Shown here: positions 13,701-25,400 of the stretch, piece after piece | Layout: the number at the start of each line of letters is the position of its first letter | How positions within the stretch are numbered: position 1 is the stretch's first letter | Assembly: GCA_002633005.1 (NCBI GenBank) | Contig: NMRA01000104.1 | Span: forward strand, 206,070 to 270,069 | Source: Phoronis australis | Lineage: Eukaryota > Animalia > Phoronida | Length of the DNA stretch: 64,000 nucleotides | Direction: 5' to 3' | Program-made: the position numbers and the translations under genes | Notes under the pieces: generated by a model | Told to the model about the DNA's origin: nothing | What the model saw: only the letters and a program-made list of their open reading frames with translations | Databases searched by the model: none

Positions 13701-15483
13701 CTCGAACCCACGACCTCCAGTAAAGAAAGTGGGCCCCAAATTTACACGTAAAAGTCAAAGCATTGTTTTCAAGTTATGTGTTCAATCCATTTAACTGTCA
13801 CTTTAAAGCAGACTTTGTGTTGACATGTATGCCTTAATCCCTCCTCTTGAAAAATGTACGTTGTCAATTGGCTTTCCCAATTCCTGGTCAAGAGAACAAC
13901 TAACACATCCCAAAAAGATACCATTTCCCCATCAAAAAGTCACACTTGCACAATAAACAAATCTTACCTACTCATCATTTGCCCTGAACTGTGCAATGTT
14001 GAACAAAATTATGTACAGAAAAACTTACACTGCACAAATCACTTTAGTTTTCTCAAGTTCAATGTAAGCTGATCCACGGGCCTGGCTGACAACACCAACC
14101 TTTAAAACTAGAAAGCAAAACATTCATAATGAGAAACTAGGGTATATAGAACATATTTGAGCAAACTTTTGATTGTGCCATTCCTACTTAACAATGATTA
14201 TGGTATCTTAACATTGTAACTAATAATCGCACAATGGCAACTTGATTATGACTGGAAAGTGAAGAACTTTACCAGCTCAAGGCCTTCAAAATGCTTTAAT
14301 TTCAAAGGCCTCTTGGTGTAGCTGGACACAGGCAACTAGGCAATGCAACTCAGAGCTCCTATAAACAATGCAGGGGCCTCATTGTCACCACTTACTCACA
14401 CAGCCACAATTTTCATCCACGTCCCCCCAGTCATTGCAATTTTCCTGTTACCCCCTGCTTGCCATATCTTTTTTATTGTGATGAGATGGGGCTCTTGCTT
14501 TGTGGGTGGGGTCTTGAGCTGCACCTTTCTTGACACGATGGATTTATAATAAGGCACTAGATTCAGGTCTAGAGTGAAAATACTTACAGATGGGTCGCAC
14601 TTTGTCTGCTGCTCGACCATCAAGACGTCGACCATTTTCGTTGACCTGAAGCATACATAAAATATACTTTAACAGTTTACTTTTAAGTTATGTGTCTCAA
14701 CATGAAGACTGCGATATACAATACAAATGCCAAGAACTCCACAGAACAAAGCATGAGCGTGTGTGTGAATGACAAGAGCTGAATTGCTGTGGAATTGAAA
14801 CTGTCGGATAGGTGGATCCATGTCGCTAAAAAGTAATATTAGAGAACCAGTTACTGTGACTGGGAGCTCAGACACTCTCATTAGCAGCTTGCTGTTAAAA
14901 AAGTGTTAAAGTATAGTGTCAAACCAGAAGCCAATCAAAGGTTTCTGTGGTGGAAGTAACTGGTTCTCAAATCAGGGATCCATGTATCCGACTATTAGTG
15001 GCATCAATGACATAAATTGTGCATCAGGTTTTAGTTGGACATCACAAGTGGCCAATGCCGCCAATGGCAGTGAAAAAGCAATTGACAAAGCTGAGTGTAT
15101 ATATTGCATTATTGCAGTTTTGCCCCAACCTGGTCCTGGCAGCTCAGGCGGTGTATTTCAATGTCTGCTAACAGTAACACACATCAGTTCCTAGCCGTTT
15201 TTATGTCAGTCTTCATACATCTAGCTGGCTAGCGTCGGTGGACCAACAAGTTTTAGTCTCTCCTACGGCTACGTCTGCAACTTTTGACACAGACGGCGAC
15301 GCCGACGGCGTCACTGGCCGCCGGCCGGGGTCGTTGAATGAGAAACAGCCAAACAGTGCAAGTAAAATGTCGGAAATTTTCATTAAAATATTTTACCAGA
15401 GGTATGAGAGGCACGTTTGTGAAGACGTGAGGACACCTGGCATCTTCTGGACCGTTAATCCTTCGCGTGTCAGTTGGCATCAT
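1710..15483 (-). CDS. EXOSC6: Exosome complex component MTR3 (RNase PH-like subunit), 9 coding exons, 272 aa using one copy of exons 5-7
   Basis: Spliced exons (- strand, all GT-AG, phases consistent): 15397-15483 (MMPTDTRRINGPEDARCP), 14588-14645, 14029-14107 (LKVGVVSQARGSAYIELEKTKVICAV), 12566-12737 (YGPRQ...CEFKFAPFS...QQALESAVCL), 10792-10852 (DKFPKAQLDVFITVLENDGS), 9690-9775 (GAAIMAASLAVTDAGLDMYD), 9026-9085 (LLMDPTLHEE), 3032-3148 (LTVGLMPNMNQVS), 1710-1808 (CQKLYPVVQHCL...stop). Total 819 nt. The N-terminal RRIxGPE and the RNase PH motifs match EXOSC6/Mtr3 as I recall them. Confidence 0.92.
1934..2094. mobile_element. Short MITE (CAGxxGCGGAT-type termini) with 5-bp direct repeat ggtta
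   Basis: 5' cagtagcggattcag and 3' ctggatccgcccctc are imperfect inverted repeats; ggtta lies on both sides. A related fragment sits at about 8336-8390. Confidence 0.55.
3608..6131. repeat. Direct duplication copy A (pairs with 8519-11435)
   Basis: Collinear high identity by eye. It ends exactly at the single N at 6132. Copy B carries about 440 extra bp (approx. 10123-10562). Confidence 0.9.
4126..5551 (-). CDS. EXOSC6: Second copy of EXOSC6 exons 5-7 (5491-5551, 4826-4911, 4126-4185)
   Basis: Near-identical to 10792-10852, 9690-9775 and 9026-9085 with intact splice sites; exon 6 differs by one residue (DVLVA vs DVVVA). Confidence 0.85.
6312..6455 (-). CDS. Isolated symmetric phase-1 exon encoding a laminin/MEGF10-type EGF-like module
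   Basis: cag acceptor and gtaata donor flank 144 nt translating as APCPLKNTFGRYCTHKCHCNKPSCDRFNGSCEDYGGCSLGWSGKNCS, a typical C-x-FG-xx-C-xxx-CHC...C...G-C...C-xx-GW-x-G-xx-C pattern. Confidence 0.75.
8519..11435. repeat. Direct duplication copy B (pairs with 3608-6131)
   Basis: Starts at the end of a poly-G run (8499-8520) and is collinear with copy A. Confidence 0.9.
11030..12197 (+). mobile_element. Helentron-associated (HINE/DINE-1/pearl-like) non-autonomous element with internal tandem units
   Basis: Degenerate units of about 115-160 bp, each with a CCACTAGRxGGYRC-like core, then a (CGGA)n microsatellite (about 12134-12149), a hairpin atgcgtccacatat-aa-atatgtgggcgcat (12162-12191) and an A-run. 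The 5' boundary is uncertain. Confidence 0.6.
13578..13735 (-). mobile_element. tRNA-derived SINE-like repeat
   Basis: The - strand has a B-box-like GGTTCGAGTCC (13698-13708). Related copies lie at about 39850-40014, 47008-47200 and 49472-49662, with a fragment at about 24105-24170. Confidence 0.55.
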
Positions 15484-15644
15484 GTAAGAAAGATAACCAC
15501 CACAATATTCAGCTTATGGACGGCGCCATTACAGATCCCCGTATGTGAAACCTTTTGACCTATTTACGCAAAGGTGTCTGCAGGGTGATGAGGTTGGTGT
15601 CGTCCTATCTTTCTTGGGACGCTAAAGAGTTGACGCTTCTGAAG
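15484..15644. promoter_or_regulatory. Probable bidirectional promoter and myosin non-coding first exon
   Basis: EXOSC6 ATG at 15483 (-) lies in a CpG-enriched patch. The myosin ATG exon begins at an acceptor (19430), so it needs an upstream exon; a candidate donor is GAAG|gtagtg after 15644. Confidence 0.4.
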
Positions 15645-18600
15645 GTAGTGTGTAAAATTATTACTTGTCTTATCTTTGGTCTGTTGTTGTCACATTTCAG
15701 GAATGTCGCGTAGTTGTTTTATGAGCGTTGATTATGAACTAACTTGTTGCAGTGAGTTATCTACGTACTTATCTGTTATCATGTTTGATCGACCACTTGA
15801 CTCAAGTTATGGCAGATCTGGACAGCTTGTAACTTGGGTGAAAGTTTGAATTTTTCTATTTGCAATACTTTGTTGTATTTCAACTGTGCTACCTTGTGTG
15901 TCGACTTCATTTTTTAAGTATTAAAACTTGGAAATGAATGATCTGTAATAATTTCAAAGCTTTTAAGATAGAAAAATATGACATCAGGGACAGGGTAGTT
16001 TAGTTGTTGATGACACAAGAATCTTGCCAAGGAAGCTAGTGTGATGATCGATGTACTTGGCTTGTAGTGTTGCGTGATTTCTCTCAATTTTTGAATGACC
16101 TTGCATTTTCATGAGGTTTTTGTGTCTATAGATTACATGTCTATTTAGCTTTATAACTAATTACAAGTTGTAACTAAAAAAGTTACACTGGTGCCAAATT
16201 GAAGTCCGTGGAATCCTGAGATTATTTGGCATTTGATAAGTGGAACTGACGTTGATCTTTTATATAGTCTGTTGTACAAAGATGTGTTTACAATGCCATT
16301 GGTTTACATAATAATATTAAGCTGTCTGACTGCTGGTACTCAGTATATACCTCTAGGATTTACTCATACAGCTGACAGTTTGTCTGTTTTATATAGATGA
16401 TGTGTGTGCCACTGACATGCTGTCATTTTGGTCCTAGGCAATGATATAATAAGTCATTTAACACAATGGCTACAACACAAGTCCACAAAAAGGCTTTTGA
16501 TTACACAGGAGTCTTTCTTTAGTGTGTAGGACAATTGGTCACAGTCCTGAACTCAGGGGTCTGCCACAACAAAGTGATTAACACAGCATGAATTTGTTGG
16601 CCCATCCCAGTTGTAAAAGTCATTGTGTTAGAAACAAAGTCACTGGCACAGAAACCTGAACAGGAACTCAGGCCCAGCAATTGTCAATCTATGGGATTTA
16701 GATAGAAGTTTATAACAATTTAACTTTGCTTAATTGCATTGTTCTCCAACTTTGAATTAAAAAAAATCTTGGTTTTAAACAGAAAGCATGCATGTAAAGA
16801 TAAGGATTTCATCATTTGATAATACAATCAACAACTCATGTTGCTGACACTTACCTGAAACCTTCTTAGTACTGTCCGACATGAAAAATACTACACTTGC
16901 ATGGGGCTTAATGTTTTGGGGACCTGTAGAGAAATGTCATATTTGGATCTTGTTTCTTAACACATGGCTGATTGGATTAAACAGAAACTTTCAGATGAAC
17001 TTCATGAATTTTTATTCTTCAGTATCGAATTTTTAAAAAAATGTTTAGTCTTGCTTTGCTTTAGATTGAACATAAGAACTTAAATAATTTTTTAAAGAGT
17101 TTGAAGTTACTCTTAAACAAAAGCAATAAAGATAATTTACGTGAACATTTCCATCTTAATTTACCTTCTGTCAAAGTACGACCTATATCCAGTGAAATAT
17201 GGCTCTGTGAAATCATGATATATGGCATACGGAATTGCATGTGAAGGCACCAGAGCCCATGTCTCGGTTTCCAACACTTTTGTCGTACACACACCATTGA
17301 TATGAATCTGAAAAGTTTAGTGAATCATCGTTTTGTTTGACCCCTTATAATCTTGATGGTTTAAAAAAACTTGTGTGGCATGCATTGTTTTAATCTGTTC
17401 TTGTGGTATGGTTAAATGTCACCAGTTTAAGACACAATATGGCCGGCAAGGGAAATTTCATTTTCTCATTTTTCCATGAAAGATGCATAGCTGCATCAAG
17501 TCGTTGGTTTCCATGTTCGAGTTCTGAAACATATCTACCATCTGACAACCTTGTGAGAAATTGTGAGCATTCACAAGAGTGTTAGCAGTCTTTTGAAAAT
17601 GAGAAAAGGTCAATTTCAGCCTTTATTTTTGTCCAAAATTGGTGACATTATACTGTATATCTCATGCCTTTGGTATCTCTTGCCTTGGGGCGTCGTGTTA
17701 CCATAATCTTGGTGTACACCCTCTTTCCTTGTGATGTTTACTCACGTTCACCAATAGCTCCGGTTCACCTATTGAGACATTCAATATAAAGCAATTGTGT
17801 CAGCGCAGTGTTTTTGTAAGGAGGTTGCATATTTTTGATTGAAGCTGAAAGATGTTAGTTAGATGCAGACTCATGTGACCACTTGGCAGTGTGGCTATGA
17901 AGGATAGTGTTAATGACCTCTACCAGGATTCTCTGTGATATACCTAACCTGGACCTTCCTGGTCTTGAATTTCACAATTTTTTCATCATGGTCAGATTTG
18001 CCACAAATTTTGATCATCATAATTAAGCTTACAAAAACAAAATAATTCAAAATAATCTCAGAACAGTTCCTCAGTGTATGTGTCCAGTGTAAGTTTTGTA
18101 AACTAAGGAAATGTAGATTGTTTTAATTAAATAGTTTTCTGCTTTCTTCTTTCTTTGTAAATAGAGCAATAGGTCAATCTTCAATAGGAATTCCATACAT
18201 AACCTTTCAGCGTTTCTTTTTGGTAGGTGATTTCAAGTCTCTATCACGTATTAATTATGAATCAATATCGTGAGTGGGTATTAAGTCGAGCGTGGGCATT
18301 TAAATGTGAATATTTGGAAATTTGGGGGGTGGGGGTGGGTGTCAAGCCAAACATGGGAGTCAACCAGTACTAGTAGATTAGTTATGCTCATCAGGCGTGA
18401 AAATACTCACTGAACTGTGGACTATGTCCACATGATGTGAGGATTTACATTCATGAGGTATAGAAAATTTTAAGAGTGAGACATTTGCCTCTGCTTTTAG
18501 AGGCAAAATCCTCATGATCGTTGAGCTATGAGTTGAGCTCATTTGCATTTGAGGAGGTTAGATTTCCATCTATGCTGACCCTTAATTGTACCCTATCCTT

Positions 18601-19477
18601 GATCAACATGCCTCACTATCATTGTACCTCCATACTTTTGACTTTTGGAAATACGAGCTGGTTTTGAATTGTGTTCACATTACCTCAAATTGTGTGTGGT
18701 GATGTGAAGCCAATAGGGGATGTGGGGTTAGGTACTGCCATAGTAGGTGTACATGTTATACGTGTTGCTCAGATGCGTGACATTTCAGACCAAATGTTCT
18801 ACAAAGAGCTGCCTTTTTGGATGATATTCCATTTGGATGACGTTTTTTTGATTATTTTTACACCAGTTTGGAAGTTGGGGACTTCAAAAGAGTGCAATTT
18901 CTAGAGCTACAAAACTTTCAGAGGGGACGGATATATACGTATTTTTAAAGCATTAGATGCACAAGACCAACTCATTTTGACCCAGTATGTACTGTGTAAG
19001 GTTCAGTAGGTTGGAATAATTCAGCTGTCTTAGAATCAAATCCCTACAAAACTTAGACGATAATTTTTAGACCAAAACTCTGTTAAAGGTTGACTTTTTC
19101 ATAGTCGTAATAATGGGCACCTTTTTAAGGTCATACCGTAACATGGGTATCCTTTTAATGCAGTACCCCTTTGTGGAATGTCCATATCTTTGGTGAGGCA
19201 CAACTTTGCAAAGTGTACCGTACTACTGTTTTTGTGAAATAACTTGACACAACATTACATTATGATATGGTGGTTTATTTTGATTTATTTACCTATATGA
19301 GAAGAGGTAAGTAAACTGTAATACGATATCTTGACAATTCTTCAGTTTTAATTTGTATGAATTGGTAATGGGTGGCATCCAAGTGAGGTTGGCCTTCTGT
19401 TGAATCGGCGTTTTGTTTTGTTTTTTTAGGCCTTTACCCATTGGCTGGATATCTAGGTCAAGTTAGTGGTCACCACA

Positions 19478-22400
19478 ATGTCAGGTGGAGCTTCTGACGA
19501 CCTGGCCTTGCTCACTGACTTTAATGAGCATGTGATTCTTGACCAACTGGCTAATAGATACCATGCAGATTTAATTTATGTAAGTTTGACTTCTCCTGTT
19601 TTTCATTTTTTTTCTTAAATTTGCCATTACAGTTTGAGCATGATGCTGATCATAAATGTCTTTTTGTTTTAGGTTGTACTGAAGTATTTTCAGTTGATAT
19701 AAAGAGTGAACAGGAACGCCTCAATAATTCTGTTTATTCTATTTGTAACCATTTTCAAGTTTACTCACTTCTTTTTGGTGTTATGTCAACTTTTCGTTAC
19801 TTGATCTTGTTTGCCTTAGATTATGTTGTTTCAGTCATCGTCTAATAATTCACACTGGCCCAATTTCCACTATTAATAACTGTGAGACAAAACAAACCAC
19901 CATAGTTCACACCCACTCACCAAGTTACAGCAGCTGATCTTCCTTCACACCTGGCTTTGTTCTTATTTGCTAGCTAAAGGGTACATTCAGGGGTTGTGGT
20001 CTAATTGTTCCTTGATCTTAGGCCTTTAATTGGCACAACAGTAGTATTGTGCAGTATCCTGGGCTAACATTCTCCATGGAAAACAAGAATTTAAACCTTC
20101 TGTGAAAGCTGTTAAACGGCCTTTTGCCGCCTAATTAAATCCAACTGCAATGTGAAGCATGGATATAAACTGCAGAAGCTAACTTGATCTCTCCTGTTAG
20201 CATCTGTACTTAATAGACATTGGACTTGGTGATGCTACTGTCATTGAAGTTGTCATGATCTTTATCATTGTAATATGATCTTAATCATTTTTGCAGCTGT
20301 TACCCCTGTCTATTATTTGTGTCACCTCCTAGTGTTGATTTTTATTTGTATGTCCGAAGCAATATCTCTTAAACACTTTGTAGGTACTAAAATTTGGTAG
20401 ATGTAGTTGTGGGCGCATTTCAACACTATGTGTTGCTCGTACTATGATTGTGTTAAGAAACTTTCAGGTTGTATCTAGTGATACCAGGTGGCACTGTAAC
20501 TTCACCTGTTCACACATTTCTGCGGAGTGTCTTCATTTCACACTGTCTGTTGGTTCTTGACAACAGTGTCTATCACTCGCTTTTGGAAGACAATATTTTA
20601 TACATAATTAATCAACTGATATTCCTCATTACTTACCATAAGGATCATTTCATTACAGACTTATATTGGTGACATACTTATAGCTGTCAACCCCTACAAG
20701 TCACTAGATATATATACACCTGAGGTAAGATAACACACAGGTGCCATACTGTGAACATTCTAAAATACATTACTGATAATAACTATTAACATCACATTAA
20801 TTTTGTCCCTGTTTTATTACTTCAAGCAAAGCGTTGCTTATAGTTGTGTCTTAATATTTTTTTTAATATTTGAATTCACAAATATGCATGCCAGGTATTC
20901 TTTTTTAAAATTTCATGAACCATGTGATATTTCATGACAACTCAAAATTTTCACTAATTATAAATTTTGTAGTTATTTCGTTGTTTGTTTAAAGTGGAAT
21001 TTTATGCATTTTATGCAAGTGTGAATCTCCTTATGGTTGTAGATTGGTGAGGACTATACTGATGTCAAAGTACGCAGTAAGCTGTTACCTCATATTTTTG
21101 CCATAGCCGATAAAGCTTTTCAGGCTATCAGCCGTACAGGAGTTGACCAGTGCTGTGTGGTCAGTGGAGAGTCAGGTGCAGGTATGAGTCACTTTGTCTG
21201 TGGTCAAGGATGTGATATCCGTAATATGTTGTACTCTCTGACATTGGCTCATAATTATAACCACTTTAGGAAGATCATAGTAAATGTGTGTCTAGATAAA
21301 TTGTTAAGCCACACAAACTGCTCTTCATATCCTTAAAAATCTCTGTTTGCCTAGTTTGAATACAGGTTTAGAGAATTTTTATTATTTCATGTTAGAGTTT
21401 CTGCTAGATTTTTCCGCTCTGGATGATTTTCACTGGGCCTCATTCAACTTTAATCCCAGTTTTTGGTGGTCATTGCCGTTCATATCTTTTGCTTTTGAAT
21501 GAAATTGGTTGCAAAAAACCTGCATTTAACTGCCATACTGTTTCGTCAATTGAAGTTAACCTGCAAACTGAGCCAGTGGACCAAGGTTAATAACAAAGTG
21601 TTGTCTATTCTCAAGGCTAGAAATAGTTTCTAATCTGACTATGGGACAAGTTGAGGCCCAAAATTAAATTGTTTTAGACAGAAAATATGGGATTTTGTCT
21701 GTTGAATATTTGGTGTTAGTTATAAGGCTGCATGAAAAGTTTGATATACAGTGGATGTGGTGACCTAAATGACTAAGCATGGTGGTCATACACCGCAGGA
21801 CATTTCCTGGTGATCATGATGTAACCAGTGATATGTTGTCATGGTAACTGATAGAAGGGTTTGTTAAGTTGAAAATCAGGAAATTGTTCTAGTATTAGGA
21901 GAGTAGGCTTCTGAGTCATAGTTGTAGTCCTATGTGTTAAACTATAGCAACACCTCTAGGTTAGTGACCACGTCCTCATCTGGCTTGTTTGAGTTGTAAA
22001 GGTCACGGAACACATGTGCCTAGACTAGGCCCAGGCTCAGTGTGTTAGAACCAGTTTTATCTTCACACATTTCTTACATTAACTTGTTTGTAAGGTTTTG
22101 TCCAACACGCATTCTATAACACCAATCCATCTTGGCTTGTTTTCATTAAATATCCTTGTATTTTGTTTAAAGGTAAAACAGAAAGTACCAAGTTGTTAAT
22201 TGAACATATTGTGCGACTAAGTAATGATGACCCATCGTCTCAGTTTCATGACCTACATGAGAGAATTGTTAAGGTAGGTAAACACATGCAAAGTGAAAGT
22301 GAAACTAATGTGATGTAGTTTGTTCATATTATTAAAGTGGAACTTGCACACTAATTTTTTATCTCTGTGAGTGCTTAGTCAAAGTAGTTAGAAACACAAT

Positions 22401-25400
22401 TGAAACACAGTAGATGGAAAATTGCCAAATGATTTTAAGAACAAGCTTTGTGTCAAAAATAATCCACTGTAAATCACTCAACCATATCCAGAGAATATCG
22501 TGACATGGTGTTGGTGAATAGCACTGCATGATGTGGGCTATGTGAGCCACCAAGGTACGTCATTAGTGCAAGGGTCACCTATTTGCAGAATTTTTTGTTT
22601 TCTCATATGAGAGTTGTCACTGAATACAACTGCACTTCCTTTAGTGTAGACAACGTTCATATAACATTGCCATTTATTTTCTCTATAGATTAGCATAGTT
22701 AGGAACATTCATTACATCTTTAAGATTGTTTCTGTTATACAGAGCTACCACGCTTAGAACAGTTGCTTGAGGATTCTGTATGTTATTAACCTATTATCTT
22801 TTCTGGTCATATTATCCAGTGTGTAATTATTATAGACAACCCTTCCTGTGATGAATGGCCAACTAATGCTTCCCAAACAATTCATCCTAGGTGAATCCAC
22901 TTTTGGAAGCCTTTGGCAATGCCGTAACTGCTATGAATGACAACTCAAGCCGGTTTGGGAAATATGTTGAGCTGTTCTTTACCAAAGGTGGCATTATTGT
23001 GGGTGGTAAGTTAAGGATTATACAGAACAATTACCTCTCAGTTCTGAGAAGTTGTCCAAGAAATGTCATTTATAGTTTGCCTGGATTTCAGTCTAGTTAC
23101 AGTTCAGTGGATTGCCTGAAGTTGAGTTGAAAGTCCTTCATTTATTCCAAAAGGCTGTCAAGCCAACTCCACCGTCAATACTATAATCCCGTTGGTTTGG
23201 CCATGAAATTGTCACCATAGTTTCCTGAGTAGTTGCCTCAAATCTCCTATTTTGTTGTTTGTATGTACTTTTCCTGGGCCTTCATCTTCCGGATTACTAG
23301 TAGTTTATTTATTTTGTAGCTTATAATCTTCAAATTCATCAATAGTTAGTACATGGCTTTATGGTTATTCACATAGCTTTAAAATATGGCCAAACCTTTC
23401 CTTTTGTACATTGTGGACCAAATAAGCATTAGTGATCTGAACAAGAGGAGCTGTACACGCCAGTGTTGTGCATGCTATACTTATGATTGTTGAATAGGTC
23501 AAAGGTTACTGTATACTGCACGGCCACAATAGCGTGTTTCTAATTTCTTGGTGTCTGTTTCAGCTAAGATATCCGAATATTTACTGGAGAAGTCACGAGT
23601 CATTAGCCATGGTTATGACGAGCGTAACTTTCATGTGTTCTACTATATGTTTGCTGGACTCAGCAAGGCTCACCTCCACAGTTATATGTTAGACAGACCA
23701 GAGGCACACAGGTATAGTATATAAATTACAATTAGTAAAAAGTCTTTCTAATTTTGGATAAAAATGCCCAAGTTGACCTTTTTGTGGCCACATACATATT
23801 GCCGTCTTTTCTGTTTGGGAGTCGACCAAACCGTTTGAAGGATCATCACAAATTTTAATAGAAGTGTTTCTGTCAAGGATAGTATGTTTGAAGGGATCCG
23901 ACTACTGCTACGCTCTCTTGTGGCAGTTTCAGTTTTTCCATTTGTTCGATGGATTTTTCCGTTTTTTAGCATTTTATGATTTGAAACGGTGAATTTTTGC
24001 CATGCCGCAGTTGAATAGTGTGCCACACAATGTTTACATTTCCTGGTTATGAGTGATGGATTGTGTAATTTAATTCAAAAATAAAATAATTACTGGCAGT
24101 TTGGTACATGTTGTACAGTGTGTAGGCCGCGCTTGTGGACCCATTGCACTGATCATCTGATGGACTGTGTAAGCATTGATAAACTATTTTGCATCATTTT
24201 ACACAACTTATTAACTAAAAAAACACATTCTTTGTAGTGCCTTGTCACCTCGGACACAATTTTTTATGTAAATCTAAACTTTGCTTATAACTCATGTTAT
24301 TAGAATGTAGTCCAGACTCTTTTTATTGTTTTGGTATGGAGTCAACTAAGTCCCAGAAATGAAGTAATGTGGTGTCTTAACAGACCATCGTTTTTGAATC
24401 TTTTAGTAAAACTTTTTTGCTAACCATTAATTATGTGATGAGTGAAACTAATGTTTCTCAAGTAGGAAGTTGTTATTAAAATGTTATCGTGAACCCCCAA
24501 CAATTGGAGGGTTGGTCCACTAGACAACAGTGTCTGCAACTGGAGGGTTGGTACACTAGACAACAGTGTCTGGAAATGTAGACTAAAGACTGGAAGCCTG
24601 AAACTCACGTGATCCTGAATTATGAAAGAGACAATTTGACCCATTTCACACTGTATTGTGATTTATGTGGCGGTGGTTTATTAATATGTTTTTATTACTC
24701 ATACTAGCTTTCTAGCTATACTTGCTTTCAGTATATGTGTGTTCTTAGGCCCACACCCCTGTATCCAAAATAATGCATTCATTTTGCTCAGGCACTGAAC
24801 TCACTTCACAATTAAGATGCTGGTGCCCGGTTTGGAAATTAAATGCTAAAACTGAAATACCGTAACCCAATTCTCAGGCAAATTTCACTTAGTGTTTGTT
24901 GAAGTCAAACAGAAGCGGAAACACATTAAACAAATTATCTGACTAAGACACTGCGACTGTGAAGGTACCCCAACTTGAAAGGAATTTTGTGTTTTGGAGG
25001 TAATAGTCACTTGCAGGGGTTGCGTATATTTAGAACGGTTTACCAGCTTTCTATGCTGAGTAAAGGGCATCAAACCGATTCTCAAAATCCAGGACCCCTG
25101 TAAAGGAATATTGCCATTTCACGTACAGACTTATGCATCTAAACTCAGCTTAAGGTGCAGGTGGCTACCCATTACATTTGATATGCATTGTTTTAGACTA
25201 GATGACATTGTATTTGTGTCATATTTTGTTCACTCTTTTATACTTGATATGGAGTAGTTAACGTCTATCATTTTGTAATGAATAAGTTAAGAAATGTGCT
25301 TTTCATTTTCACTCAACTGTTTTGCACACAGGCGTCAAATTCCTAGTATTGATATAGCTCCACTTTGAGGTGAATGGGCCTGATATACACCCATACACAG

